DNA of 64,000 nt from Antechinus flavipes (GCF_016432865.1 NC_067400.1:340566001-340630000), one strand, 5' to 3'. Positions 1 through 12,286 are shown, counted from the first letter of the stretch. The notes: generated by a model not told the origin, from the letters alone. A program made the numbers and translations.

Positions 1-199
1 ATTATTAGAATTCTTAGCAGATCTATATCACATACAGGTGAACTGTCAAGGCAAATGTAAGTGAACAACTGTATGTCTCAGAAGACATTCTCCAAACAAG
101 TCAACTGTCAAAAGTATTTTACTCTTTTACATACCTTCTGAAAAGTTGGAATGAAGAATCACATTGCATGTGATTGTGAAATAGAAGTTATGAGATAGT

Positions 200-470
200 G
201 TCAAATTGGAAGAATAGTTACTTGTATATAGTGAAAGTGGAGCTGGTCAAGTGCAGAGTAGTATTAAATAAGTCTGGGAAGGTAGGTGGGAACTAGACTC
301 TAGAGGGCATTAAATGTCTGGTAAAGGAGTTTATATTATACCCCAAAGGCAATGGGGAGCCACAAAAATTTTTTTGAGTAGGGGAGTGATATATTCAGAC
401 TTAGGCTAAGGTAAGATTATTTTTGCAGCTATGTGGTTTCTATTGGAAAAGGAAGAGACAGCAGGTTGAA
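200..470 (-). mobile_element. L2 LINE fragment
   Basis: 'gaaggtaggtgggaactagactctagagggcattaaatgtctggtaaaggagttt...aggcaatggggagccac...ggggagtgatatattcagact' matches the typical antisense L2 3' region. Confidence 0.7.
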
Positions 471-849
471 GAACAGAATTTTGGAAAGGAGTGACTAATG
501 CTTTTTTGGGTGACTAATGGGTTTTTAATTAGCTAGTATATCACCCTCCATCACAGCCCCACTAGATATGGGTAAGTGTTGACACTGCCAGAAAATCAAA
601 TCACATAATTCTCAGCAAATATATCTTCACAGTTTTCAAACTGGTTGTTGGCAGACTCCTTTTCACTGCCATTGTAGATCTAAGAATATATCTCTCCAGA
701 TAGCTTTGTACCGTACAGAACAATCTCTTAGAGCCAAACCTGTTAAATCTCCTTTTCAGTGTTTTCAGGTACCTTGGGAAGTTTGAGGAGTTTCTTTTCT
801 CTGCCATTAAGCCTGACTGGTTGTGTTCCTCCAATTTTAGTGGTTTTCC

Positions 850-852
<3 letters not shown>

Positions 853-922
<70 letters not shown>
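853..922. repeat. (TC)n microsatellite, ~35 units
   Basis: Direct reading; abuts the T-rich tail of a minus-strand SINE. Confidence 0.98.
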
Positions 923-927
<5 letters not shown>

Positions 928-1060
928 GAGAGGCAGTTGGGGTTAAGTGTTTTGCCCAGGATCTTAAAGCTAGTAATTGTTAAATGTCTAAGACTGATTT
1001 GAACTCAGGTTCTCCTGATTCCAGGCCAGTTCTTTGTCCACTGTGCCATCTACCTGCTCC
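923..1060 (-). mobile_element. WSINE1-type CORE-SINE
   Basis: 'ggggttaagtgttttgcccagg...gatttgaactcagg...ccactgtgccatctacctgctcc' is the reverse complement of the GGGGCAGCTAGGTGG-headed marsupial SINE. Confidence 0.85.
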
Positions 1061-1366
1061 TACTCTATTTCTCTTTAACCAATTATTAACATTGACTATC
1101 TTTTACAAAGGTATATTTATTTCAAAGATATTATAATGAGAAAAATGTTTTAAGTATTTTCTTCAACACTTCAAACATAGAATCTCTCCTGTACCCACTG
1201 TGGGAGAAAGAGAAATTTTGCTCACACTATAACTTGGTTCCTGTATAGCACTGATTCCACCAATTCCATGTCTAAAGCCAGCATAGGATGAATAGTTCTC
1301 ATAAATGAAATTCTGAAATCCCTAAAAGGAGCACTTTTGGTGAAGGAGAAATGGGAGTGTTATTTC

Positions 1367-1368
<2 letters not shown>

Positions 1369-1400
<32 letters not shown>

Positions 1401-1533
1401 TTTTGCTGAAGTAATTGGGGTTAAGTGACTTGTCCAGGGTCACACAGCTAGGAAGTGTTAGGTGTCTGAGGACAGATTTAAACTCCGGTTTTTCCTGGCT
1501 TGCAGGGCTATGCACTGCACCACCTAGCTGCCT
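1369..1533 (-). mobile_element. WSINE1-type CORE-SINE with long poly(A) tail
   Basis: ~30-nt T run, then 'ggggttaagtgacttgtccagggtcacacagctagg...caccacctagctgcc'; GTTATTTC on both sides (1359-1366, 1542-1549) is a probable TSD. Confidence 0.9.
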
Positions 1534-1959
1534 GCGGGGGAGTTATTTCCAAAGACCATTGTGGTTACACAAAAAATTCCTTGATTAACTTAGATTTAAT
1601 AAAAACATGTGCAAAAAATGAAAGCAAGCACAGGTAATAGAGAGTAAATTGAAAAACTTAGTATGATCTTGTATGAATGGTATCCTAGAATATTAAAGCA
1701 AATAATAAGCAGATTGGCAAGAAACACTAAGAATTATAATAATGATTACAGTTTGAGATAGAATGATGATAACCTGGAAAAAATTATATCTTCTTTTTTA
1801 TTTCTCTGACATTCATTGGAATGGAAAGAGCAATAAAGGAAAAGAAAAATTGAAATTAAAGTGAAGAGATAATAGAATAGCTAGTTGCCTTTCATGAGTT
1901 TGTTACCAGGTTGAATGAATTATAATCCAAGATACTAAAATACCTGATGAATATAATTA

Positions 1960-2400
1960 ATGACTGGCAGCGATCTTTAAAAATGTTAATTGGAGCAGAG
2001 TATGTGAATTTAATGGAATATTATTATGTCATAAGAAATGACCTAAGGGATGGCTTAAGACATATGAATTTATGTAGAGTGAAATAAACAGAACTGAGGG
2101 GATGGGATATACAATAAAAACAACATTATAAAGAAAAACTACTTTTGAAAAGTTTACATTTTTTGAGTGATACAGTGACCAATCATGATTCTAGAGGACA
2201 AGTGAGAAAGTATTCTATCCACCTCTTGACAAAATATTGATGGATTTAAAATGTAAAATGAGACCTCAGCTTTTGGACGTGATCAATGTAGGGATTTGTA
2301 TCGTTTGACTATGCATATTGGTTAAAAAGGGCTTTTCTTTTTTCTTTTACATTGGAAACTAGTAAAAGAGAAAATAAATGCTTGTTAAGTGAAAATGATG
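1960..2400 (+). mobile_element. Old L1 3' end
   Basis: 'aatggaatatttattatgtcataagaaatga...gagtgaaataaacagaac' and the downstream 3' UTR motifs resemble other L1 3' ends in the window. Confidence 0.65.
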
Positions 2401-4039
2401 ATAAACAACAACAGTAACAAAAAGATTGGGAGATGCTGCAGGAAAGGAGGACAAGTATTCTGATTTGCTTTCTGGCAAAAGGTTTGGCGCAATAAGTGCG
2501 GGGTTGACTTATTAGTTTGTAGGAGGGCTGGACTTGGAGTTGTCTAATCCCGTTTTTGACATTAGCTGTGAGACATTAGACAAATCTCTGTAACAGTTGT
2601 TTCACAGATTTGGTATGTATGAGGAAAGTTCCTGCTAGACCTTGAATCACTATATAAAAATAAGCTATTTTAGATAAGATTGTGAGAACTTGAAAAGGAC
2701 CAAGAACACAAACTTATCCTTGTTCATCAAGAACCTCACTAGGAGAGCAAGTGATGGGTTGGTTTTATTGAAAATGAATCAAGTGTTTTATAATATTTGA
2801 CAATTCACTCGATTTGCTTAGATGCCAGGGTGAAAGCCCAGTAACATAAAAGGGAAGCAAAATGATACTTTTTAGTGGTAGTTAGGGGAAGGAAGAAGAG
2901 AAAACTTGATTGAATTTTTCTCATATTACTGGGTATTGGTTTTTTTTTCCTCTTGAGTTTCACCACAATTTAAAAGAGAGTAAGGTGACAGGAAGAGAAG
3001 GTATTGAGATAGTGACAAATACTATGTTCCTCGGTGGGGAAATTAATTGACCATTCTCCATATTTAGGAATTCCCTTTGGGTACCCAGATGGAAGGGTGA
3101 AAATCCGTAAAAGGAAGACAAAATAACACTTTTCAGTGATAGTTGAGAAAATGACTTAGATTTGTTTTTCAGAATTGCTTACTAGTGTACTTGGTGATGC
3201 AAGGAAAAATTTACATCTCCTCTCTCAGTATCCTAGATCCTAAACCCTGGCAGCAGAGAAAAAGAAACTGTACATTGCAGTGATACATCTAAGGCAAGTG
3301 CTGGGCAGGGGGAAAGGAAAACCTTTGAGTTAAAGATGAATTGCATTATTCCTCTTCCTATTTTGGAATGAATGTGACACATGTCAACATTTACCCATTG
3401 AATGTTACAGCTACAAGAGTCTTAGAGACTACCTAGTCCATTCTAATCATTTGACTGATGAGAAAAATGGAAGTACACAGCATCTCATAATAATAGTAGT
3501 ATAGCCAAATCAAGAGCCCTGGCCTCCTGATACTTCATTTAGTGAGGTCTTTTCAATTACATTTTAGTCATCCTCTCTCTCTCTCTCTTTAGAGATTTGT
3601 GATAATATGTGATGATCTCCATAACTTTGTGCAAGAATGTGTTGATGATAACATTCCTGGTGACCATTCAACATGAATCTCCAAGATCTCCATTTGAAAG
3701 CAATGAGGGACCGTGTAGCTTCATGGATTTATCTTCTAAGGACTGTATCAGTTGAGGGGTCAGAAATGGTAATATGTCAGTCTCAATGAAGAAATATCCC
3801 TGGAACATTTGTTCACTACAAAATTGATATCTCTGTTGTCAGGCTTTCAGAATTCTCTTAGACACAGAATTGTATCTGGAAAAAGAGAGAATAATTAGAG
3901 GCTATTGGATGTCTTCAATAAAGGATTTTCACTGGCTGATAAAGATAGAAGGATTGGACCTGAAAAGGAGAGAGAAGCTGCTGAATGGTGGTCACAAAGG
4001 GATGGTCTGAAATTGGGAGAGTAAGGGGAAGAAGGAATA

Positions 4040-4450
4040 CTCCTTCTAACCTCCAATATCCTGCCTCTAACTGCCTAGTAGACACCTTGAACTATATGTC
4101 TCATGGGCATCTTAAATTTAACATGTGTAAGATGAAACTCACACTTTTCTCCACTAGCCTCCCTTTTTCTTAATTTACCTATTACTGTGTTGAGAATAAT
4201 CAACTCCTCACTCTTTCTCACTGTAAACTCCCTCCTCCTCCATCCCATATATCTAGTCTGCTGCCAGCTTCTGTCCATCCTATCTTTGTGTAGCATCACT
4301 CTTACATGCCTATTTCTTTTCTCTGACTCTCCACTATTCTGGTACAAGATCACATTATCTCTTGCCCAGAACTATTGCAGAACGACTGCCTTCTGGTTAG
4401 TATCCCTCAAGTCCTTCCCCACTGTAGCCTCTCCTCTCCTCTGATGACAA
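4040..4450 (+). mobile_element. L2 LINE fragment
   Basis: 'ctaactgcctagtagacacc...gggcatcttaaatttaacatgtgtaagatgaaactc' is the L2 ORF2 3' region. Confidence 0.75.
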
Positions 4451-4599
4451 ATTTATACTTTCTTGTAAAAAATTATTTATACTTGTTTTTATTTAATATT
4501 TATTTCTAAATGCATTCCTATTTTTTCTCATCTAGTGAGCCATTCCTTGTAACATAAATTTTAAAAAGAAAGAAGAAGCTATTTAGCAAAATGAACCAT

Positions 4600-4805
4600 C
4601 AGGAAGTTTCATGGACTCATCTTCCTGAGATAAAATCTGGCTTCAGACATTTACTAGTGGTGTGATCCTGGGCAAGTTATTTAATCCTATTTACCTTTAA
4701 AATAAACTGGAGAAGGAAATGACAAACCACTCCAATATTTTTGACAAGAAAATCCTAAATGGGGTCATGAAGAGGTAGACATGATTAAACAACAGCAACA
4801 ACAAA
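4600..4805 (+). mobile_element. Mar1-type SINE (CORE body plus RTE-derived tail), nested in an old minus-strand L1 3' end (~4455-5130)
   Basis: CORE part, then 'ctggagaaggaaatgacaaaccactcc...aagaaaatcctaaatggggtcatgaagag...aacaacagcaacaac'. Confidence 0.8.
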
Positions 4806-5959
4806 TGAGCCATCAAATCTATTATGTTTTAATAGTGTATGCATCATTCCCAGATTGATAAAAAATGAACTTCTGGTTTCTTAATTCTTCTCCAGGGTTG
4901 AGGTTGATTATTATTATAACTGCATAGTAATTTGTCTTGTTTTATTATTCTTTCCAATTACACATTTTAGACACTGTGTATAGTATTTCCTTATTTTCCT
5001 TATTTGTTTTTGCATTAATTCATAGAAATCTTCCCAATTCTTCTAATTTATTGATTCTTACGGTACACTAATATTCTATTATGCTAAGTTACCGTGTTTT
5101 GTTTAATCATTCCAAAATAAATATTTGTTCTGTTAGTGTAGCATCCACAACATTTATTCAATTAAACAATCATAAACAAATGAAAATTTAGTTCACATTA
5201 AAGTAATGGGTAAATATTCAGTTTATAGAAAGTGTCAGATATGCTGTAGCTAAGGACTGCTGTCTGAATTCAAGGTAGTGAGAGTCCTGTGATCTAGGCC
5301 AAACAGATATGACTCACAGTTAGGAAGAATTTGAGCTAGAATCTTGAAGGATAAATAGAATTTGATTAGATATATGGACTGAGGAGAAGAGAAAATATTA
5401 ATGGCCTGAAATTTATTGGTAATAGAGGCTGTCTAGCTCTTCTCCTTTATCTTCACTGCTTAACACAAGCCTAGGGTTTAAAATGTTCAGGAAATAAATA
5501 TTCATAAATTAAGAGATGGAATGAACCCTAGAGGTCTTCTATGTGAATACAGTATTATAAATGAAGAAACTGAGGTCCTTCCCTTAAGTCACATTTAGAA
5601 CTTGAGATTCTCTGATTCCAAATTCAACATTATTTCTTTTATATCATGATGCTTTTTAATAGTACGCCCCCCCAAAATCTATATTACCTATTTATGTGTT
5701 AGGTTTCTGATTTACATTTGCTACAGATCTGCTTGTAGTAAGTAAACCTCTAGAGCTAGTGCAGATACTCACTTCCTAGTAGGGAAGTAAAGACCAAAGT
5801 AAAGTAAGAAGACTTCCCTCATTAGCTAATCTCTTCCTGATCCATCTCAGGTGCCATTAGAAAGGTTTGTTCAAGACTCTTGGAATGTAATCAGCTATGA
5901 CTAGGGATATAATAACTTCATTAGAGTTTGAAACAATTTCTATTTTTATTACTTGAGGT

Positions 5960-7370
5960 TTGTAAAGCCTGCATTTACTATTTCTATCTTTTTGCATTTG
6001 TTTGTAATTTTTTTGCCCTAGTACCTGATCAATTTTGCAAAAGTTTCATGTAGTGTTGTATAATCTTTTGATGTCCCATTTAGAAGATGTCATCAGTTTT
6101 TAAACTCTCATCTCTCCAGAAATTTGTTCAGTTTTATATTTTTCCTTTTTTTCACAGAATTCTTCAAAACTGAGAGAAAGATGTTGAAATCTTCTGTCAT
6201 TTTTACATTATTTTCTATGTCTTCTTGAAGCTCAGATAAAGTTTATAAATTTGGATGCTACGGCATTTGGTACATAAAAGCTTATTACTGATATTGGTTT
6301 ATTATTTATGTTTCTTTCAACATATTGTACTTTCATTTATATATATTTTTTATTTTTCAAATTTTTGCTTTTGCATTGTCAGATGTCAACATACTTCTGC
6401 TTTCTTGAATTAACTTATTGCATGGTAAATTGTTCTGTCTTCTCAATTTTATGCCTTTGGTTTTTAAATGTTTCTTGTAAGCAACAGATTGTTGAGTTTT
6501 GGTTTTCCAACAAGTCTTTCATTCTACTCTGTTTTATTGGATTATTTAATCCATTCACCTTTAAAGTTATTAATTAAATTTATATTTTCTTCTGTCTCTA
6601 AAATTAATTTTTTTGAATTTGTGATAACTTTTTTCTGTTATAAACACAATAATATGTTACTTCAGTTATATTAATTTTTTAGGAGACTTCTACTTCAATG
6701 GCTCTGATCCTCTCACTCCTGATATTCTCTTCTTATTCATTTCTGATTTCCCTTTGAATTTTCATTTATTAATTCTTTTTTTTCTCTTGTTTTTTTATGG
6801 TTTCATAATTTTAACCCATCTCCTTTTGCCCTCTCAATCAAGTAGATTCCCTCTTCCATGTCTCTCCTTTAACTTGTTTTGTTTGTTAGTTTTTTAAAAT
6901 TTCATTTTTTGTGCTCTTTGTGAAAAAAATATTTTTCTCACTTTTCATCATAAATCCTTTCATTTTGTCTACTTTAGAGGTTCATTCTCTCATTTATAAT
7001 CCTGGTCTTTCTCTTTTCATTCCTCATTGCTAGCCCTTGATTTGATCCCAGCATACCACATCCTTTACCCTCTTCATGTACCCTTCCATTGTAATGTCTC
7101 ATTAACCACCGCCACCACTAACACCATAACATTGATTCACTTGTAGTCAGTTTGTTGAATAATACTTTTTGCCCATCTCTTCACTGTTACCTTTGCTAGA
7201 TTTCTGCCTTCACCTGTGATTCCTTTAGAAAGAAATCTCTTAGTCACTTTGTTGCTGTTGCTATCTTTGTGTACTGCATTTATTTATTCCTCCTGCATTT
7301 TTGTTGTTTAGGGTGTTTGAGAAGCAAATAATCTCTTCACTTTTGATTTTCTTTCTAAAAAGTGTTCCAC
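5960..7370 (-). mobile_element. Old, decayed L1 (ORF2 endonuclease region and upstream sequence)
   Basis: T-rich antisense L1 text, e.g. 'gatcaattttgcaaaagtttcatgtagtg', 'atttggatgctacggcatttggtacata', 'ggattatttaatccattcacctttaaagt'. Confidence 0.65.
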
Positions 7371-7374
7371 TGCA

Positions 7375-8153
7375 ACACTAGTACATTATTGGTGGAGTTG
7401 TGAACGGATCCAACCATTCTGGAGAGAAATTTGGAATTATGCCAAAAGAGCTATCTAACTGTGCCTACCCCTTGATCCAGTAGTATCTCTACCAGTCCTG
7501 TATCCCAAAGAGATTATAAAAAAGGGAAAAGGACCCACATGTGCAAAAATATTTGTAGAAGCCCTGTTTGTAGTGACAAGAAACTAGAAACTGAATGGAT
7601 GCCCATCAGTTGGGGAATGACTAAGTTATGGTACATGAATGTTATGGAATATTATTGTTCATGAAACAATCAGCAGAATGATTTCAGAAAGGCCTGGAAA
7701 GACTTGTGAAATGATGCTAAGTGAAGTGAGTAGAACCAAGAGAACATTGTACACAGCAGTAACAAGATTATGTGATGATCAATTGTGACGGACTTGGCTC
7801 TTTTCAGCAATGAGGCGTTTCGGGCCATTTCTAATAAATTTGTGATGGACAGAGCCATCTGTATCCAGAAAGAGAACTATGGGGACTGAAGGTGGATTAC
7901 AACATAGTAAGTACACCTTTTTTGTTATTGTTTGCTTAATTTTTTTTCTCATTTTTTCCCTTTTTGATCTGATCTTTTTTGTTTAACATGATAAATGTGG
8001 AAACATGTTTAAAAGAGCTGCACATGTTTAACCTACATTGGATTACTTGCTGTCTAGAGGTGAGGAAAGGAAGAGAAAAATTTGGAACACAAGGTTTTGT
8101 AAGGGTGAATGTTGGAAACTATCTTTGCATGTATTTTGAAAATAAAAAAGCTA
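7375..8153 (+). mobile_element. 5'-truncated marsupial L1: ORF2 C-terminus and 3' UTR
   Basis: 'ttggtggagttgtgaacggatccaaccattctggagag...tatgccaaaagagcta'; ends at the poly(A) signal 'aataaaaaagcta'. Confidence 0.92.
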
Positions 8154-9335
8154 TTTTTTATTATTATAGCTTTTTATTTACAAAACATATGTATGAGTGA
8201 TTTTTCAACATTGACCCTTGCAAAACCTTCTGTTCCAACTTTTCCCTTCCTTTCCCCATCCCCTCCCCTAGATGGCAGGTTGTCCAATATATGTTAAATA
8301 TGTTAAACTATATGTAAAATCTAATATATGTATACATATTTATACAGTTATCTTGCTGCATAAGGAAAATCAGATCTAGAAAGAAAGAAAAAAACCTGAG
8401 AAGGAAAACAAAAATGCAAGCAAACAATAACAAAGAGTGGAAATGCTATGTTGTGGTCCACACTTATTTCCCACAGTTTTTTCTCTTGGTGTAGCTGATT
8501 CTCTTCTTTACTGAACAATTCGAACTGGTTTGAATCACCTCATTGTTGTGAAAAGAGCCACATCCATCAGAATTAATCATTGTATAATCTTCTTGTTGCT
8601 GTGTATAATGATCTCCTGGTTCTGCTTATTCCATTCAGCATCAGTGCATGTAAGTCTCTCCAGGTCTTTCTGAAATCATCCTGCTGGTCCTTTCTTACAA
8701 AACAATAATATTCCATAACATTCATATACCACAATTTATTCAGCCATTCTCCAATTGATGGTCATCTATTTAGTTTCCAGTTTCTTGCCACTACAAAGAG
8801 GGCTGCCATAAACATTTTTGCACATGTGGGTCCCTTTCCTTCTTTTATGATCTCTTTGGGATGTAAATCCAGTAGAAACACTGCTAGATTGAAGGATATG
8901 CACAGTTTGACAGCTTTTTAAGCATAGTTCCAAATTGTTCTCCAGAATGGCTGGATCCATTCACAACTCCACCAATAATGCATCAGTGTCCCAGTTTTCC
9001 CATATCCCCTCCAACATTTGTCATTATCTTTTCCTGTCAACTTATCCGATCTGACAGGTATGTAGTGGTATCTCAGAATTGTCTTAATTTGCATTTCTCT
9101 GATAAATAATGATTTGGAACACCTTTTCATATGACTAGAAAAAGTTTCAATTTCTTCGTCTGAAAATTGTCTGTTCATATTTTGACCATTTATCAATTGG
9201 AGAATTATTTGATTTCTTATAAATTTGAATCAATTCTCTACATATTTTGTAAATGAGGCCTTTATCAGAACCTTTGAATGTAAAAATGTTTTCCCAGTTT
9301 ATTGCATTAGTTTTGTTTGTACAAAAACTTTAATA
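8154..9335 (-). mobile_element. 5'-truncated marsupial L1: ORF2 C-terminus and 3' UTR
   Basis: Track ORF 8918..9196 reads ...HMKRCSKSLFIREMQIKTILRYHYIPVR...KCWRGYGKTGTLMHYWW, the L1 ORF2 cysteine-rich C-terminal region. Confidence 0.95.
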
Positions 9336-9344
9336 AAAAGTTAT

Positions 9345-10330
9345 TAATAAAAATTTAAAAACTGTTTCAAATTCTTCTTTATATTGAAATCTATCGTTTC
9401 CCCTGCATGATAAAACTCAGATCTGCAGAGTGGGTAACCCTGTCCTGCATTCTGAGGTCTGTTGTTGCTCTTCAGAGCACATTCTTCCATTCCCTCTGTT
9501 TTCGTTTTTTTTTTTTTTTTTTTAGTGTGTATATAGAATAGTTTTGTGTTATTCAAATGTCTATTCCTTTGTATTTTATCTTACTTCTAGCTTTAGTATC
9601 TTTTTTGTTAATTTGTCACTTGTGCTCTAGGTTTTTAATGGTTTTTTTCTTTATGTGGACATTGGAGGTTCAATTTTTTCCCTTATATTGCCTTGTTTTT
9701 CACTTTCTGACTAGTTCTCTTTTGATAGTGGTATTTCTTTGGGGAATCCCTTTATTGCAAAGTGACTTCAGCCTCTTTTCACACTGGGGATGCATTAGAT
9801 TATTTAATCATTAAGCATTTACTCAGTTCCAGGCACCAGGAACACAAAGATCAAAAAGAAAAAAAAAGGAAAGAAGGAAGGAAGAAAGAAAAAGAAAAAA
9901 GAAAAAAAAAGAAACCAACTCTACTTTCAAAGAATTTACATTCTATACCTGACCAGGAACCAGAAAGTTTTTATATTTGTAAAAAGGCTGTTTCTCTATT
10001 CTTTGAACAGGTATTTCTCTATACTTGCCTTCTCCTGAAAAGTTCTTCTGACCATCCTGGGATTTTGAAAACTTGAGAAGGTACTTTTCACTAGTCTGGT
10101 CCTTGCCTCAATTAACTTTTTAGAGCACAAAACTGGACCCACATGAATTTCGATCTTTTCTTCAAGCTTAGTGCAATCAAGCATACTGGGCATTCAGCCT
10201 GGTTTGTTCTTTCCTGACTGAGCTGAATAAGAGTTTCTGCAATCTTGGGGTTTATTATCCTGGGGGCCACCTCAGGCAGAAACAAGACTGATTTCTTTTC
10301 CTCCTCTTTACATGAATTGGCAGCCAATAT
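9345..10330 (-). mobile_element. Old L1 ORF1 fragments with an intervening L1 ORF2-like piece (~9503-9790) and an L2 tail (~9795-9950)
   Basis: Minus-strand peptides KLEEKIEIHVGP (ORF1 RRM region), QREWKNVL*RATTDLRMQDRVTHSADLSFIMQGK (ORF1 CTD-like) and NVHIKK...LEHK*QINK (ORF2 post-endonuclease-like). Confidence 0.65.
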
Positions 10331-11245
10331 CTGTTTCTTGTTGCTATGTTAGAGTCCTATGTGAATGAAGTATGCTGACAGAGTTCCTGCAACATGAATC
10401 CCTTTGATTCCAAAAGCATATATGTGTGTATGGGAAGGGGAAATGAAATGAGATAACACATTAAGGATTAATGTTCCCCAGTGTTAGTTCATAACGCTGT
10501 TATCTTATTAAATTTCTTACTTTCTTCCCCTCCATATGCAGTCAGTTCTAATTCTCCCTCATTTATGTAATTGCTCTTTTTTTCTTGAGAATTAGTGATG
10601 ACTGATGAAAATTTGGAATCTTCCAACTCATTGGCCAACCTGGAACCTGAAAGTCTGACTGTAATTGTTTCCAGGCACTATGGGTTTCCTCTGTTCCTTA
10701 GATGCCTTCATAATTTGACTATTAGGCAAAATTAGGCTGCCTTTGGATTTACCCATTCTCTCTTGTAGGAACAGATGTCCTCTCCAGGACAGAAGCTTGG
10801 TCAGAATTGATTCAGAGGTACAAACAATTGGTTTCTACTTCATCTGAGTCATTATATCCTGAGCTATTATCTAGTTCTGATAATTTTCCTGCAATTGGTG
10901 AGACGGTTTTCATCTCGAGGTCTGCTTTGCTGACTGTCCATCACTCCTTTATTCCTCCTCATGAGGGAGTTGGACTAACTTTCCAACAGACAATAGGTGG
11001 TTTTGATATATTATCTTTGCAGGACCCTGGCCATTCTCTGGGGCTATCTTGTAAACTGGCAGGTTGTCAAGTAGCCTTTCAGCCACTTGATAGGGGATAG
11101 CTTTCCATCAGCAGGCTTACCTATGTGTTTGTTCCATATTGAATTTTTTTTTCTTTTACAGAATGCTATCAACTCACTGAAGATCTTAACAATGAACTTG
11201 AGCATCTGAGTTTTTCTTAGCTAAGACCACAGCTGGGTAGAAAGA

Positions 11246-11475
11246 AGTAGCATGCTGGTAAAATTTTATTCTCTGAAAAAAAACAAAACAAAACAACAAA
11301 GCATCCACTGCACACTTTAAATTTAATCTGCACCATTAACATTTTTTCTATCACTTTCTTAAGTCTAGACAATCAACAAAGCAATAAATCATGCCTTAAT
11401 TATAGTGTTTGCTGATTTCTGAGGTGTAAGTACTCACACTGAAAATTCAACAATTGGTTTTCATAAGCTGGCTTA
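11246..11475. mobile_element. MER63-like hAT (Blackjack group) non-autonomous DNA transposon inserted in the Gypsy integrase
   Basis: 'gcacactttaaatttaatctgcaccattaacattttttctatcactttcttaagtctagacaatcaacaaagcaataaatc...gatttctgaggtgtaagtactcacactgaaaattcaacaattgg' matches my recollection of the MER63 consensus; decayed TIR 'agtagcatgctggta'. Confidence 0.75.
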
Positions 11476-12042
11476 CTGCCTGGTTGAAGATCTCTTTTAG
11501 CTAATTATGTAGACGAGATACACTGGTTGTTTCAATGGCTGCGCATCTCTGTATCTTCTCTGTGTCTTGAAGTCAAGTTGTTAATAGGTCAAATTAGTAG
11601 ACAAAAGTGACTTTTGCCCCCAAAGCAGTAATATTGGGTAAAGTCTGTGACCTCATTACTTGGGTATTATATACATATTTTAGAAATGTCACTGAACCTT
11701 TTGTTCAACTGTCAGGGTGCCCATCAGTTTAGCATTGTTTGACTGGAAAACTGAAATACGAGTCTTCCTGAAAATGCTAAATTCTAGTTTCCTTACTCCT
11801 GCTGAAGCCAAATCTCCTTAGGTAGCTTGCTTTCAAAGTCCCAGAGGGGCTGGAGTGGACCCAATCAAGTAAGGAGCAAAGAGAGAAACACTTGTCCTGT
11901 GGAACTTTTGCTACCAAAGAAGCTTTCTGATTCTTAGTTAGGTAGAGAATGTTGACTCCTTGAGAGAAGAGACTGTTTCTCTTTCCCCTTCTCCTTTTTT
12001 TTTTTTTTTTTGGTCTTTGTTTTCTCAGGCACCTAAAACATG

Positions 12043-12286
12043 ATGTTGGTCAGTTGTTTAATTGTCTGTGGCTCCATTTGGGGCTCTTCTTGGCAAAAAT
12101 ACTGAAGTGGTTTGCCCTTTCCTTCTCCAATTCATTTAACAAACGAGAAACTGAGGCAAATAAGGTTGATTGACTTGCCCAGGATGACACAACTAATAAG
12201 TGTCAGAAGCCAGATTTGGACTTATGAAGACACGCCTTCCTGACTTGAGACTCAGTATTCTACCTATAGTGCTACCTAGCTGCTCT
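12043..12286 (-). mobile_element. Mar1-type SINE, preceded by an L2 3' tip (~11945-12040), both inside the Gypsy integrase
   Basis: 'cttggcaaaaatactgaagtggtttgccctttccttctcc...gaaactgaggcaaataagg...gctacctagctgctc'. Confidence 0.85.

Noticed and set aside
8918-9196. 92-aa ORF as a host gene
   Set aside because: It is L1 ORF2 C-terminal sequence within a truncated L1
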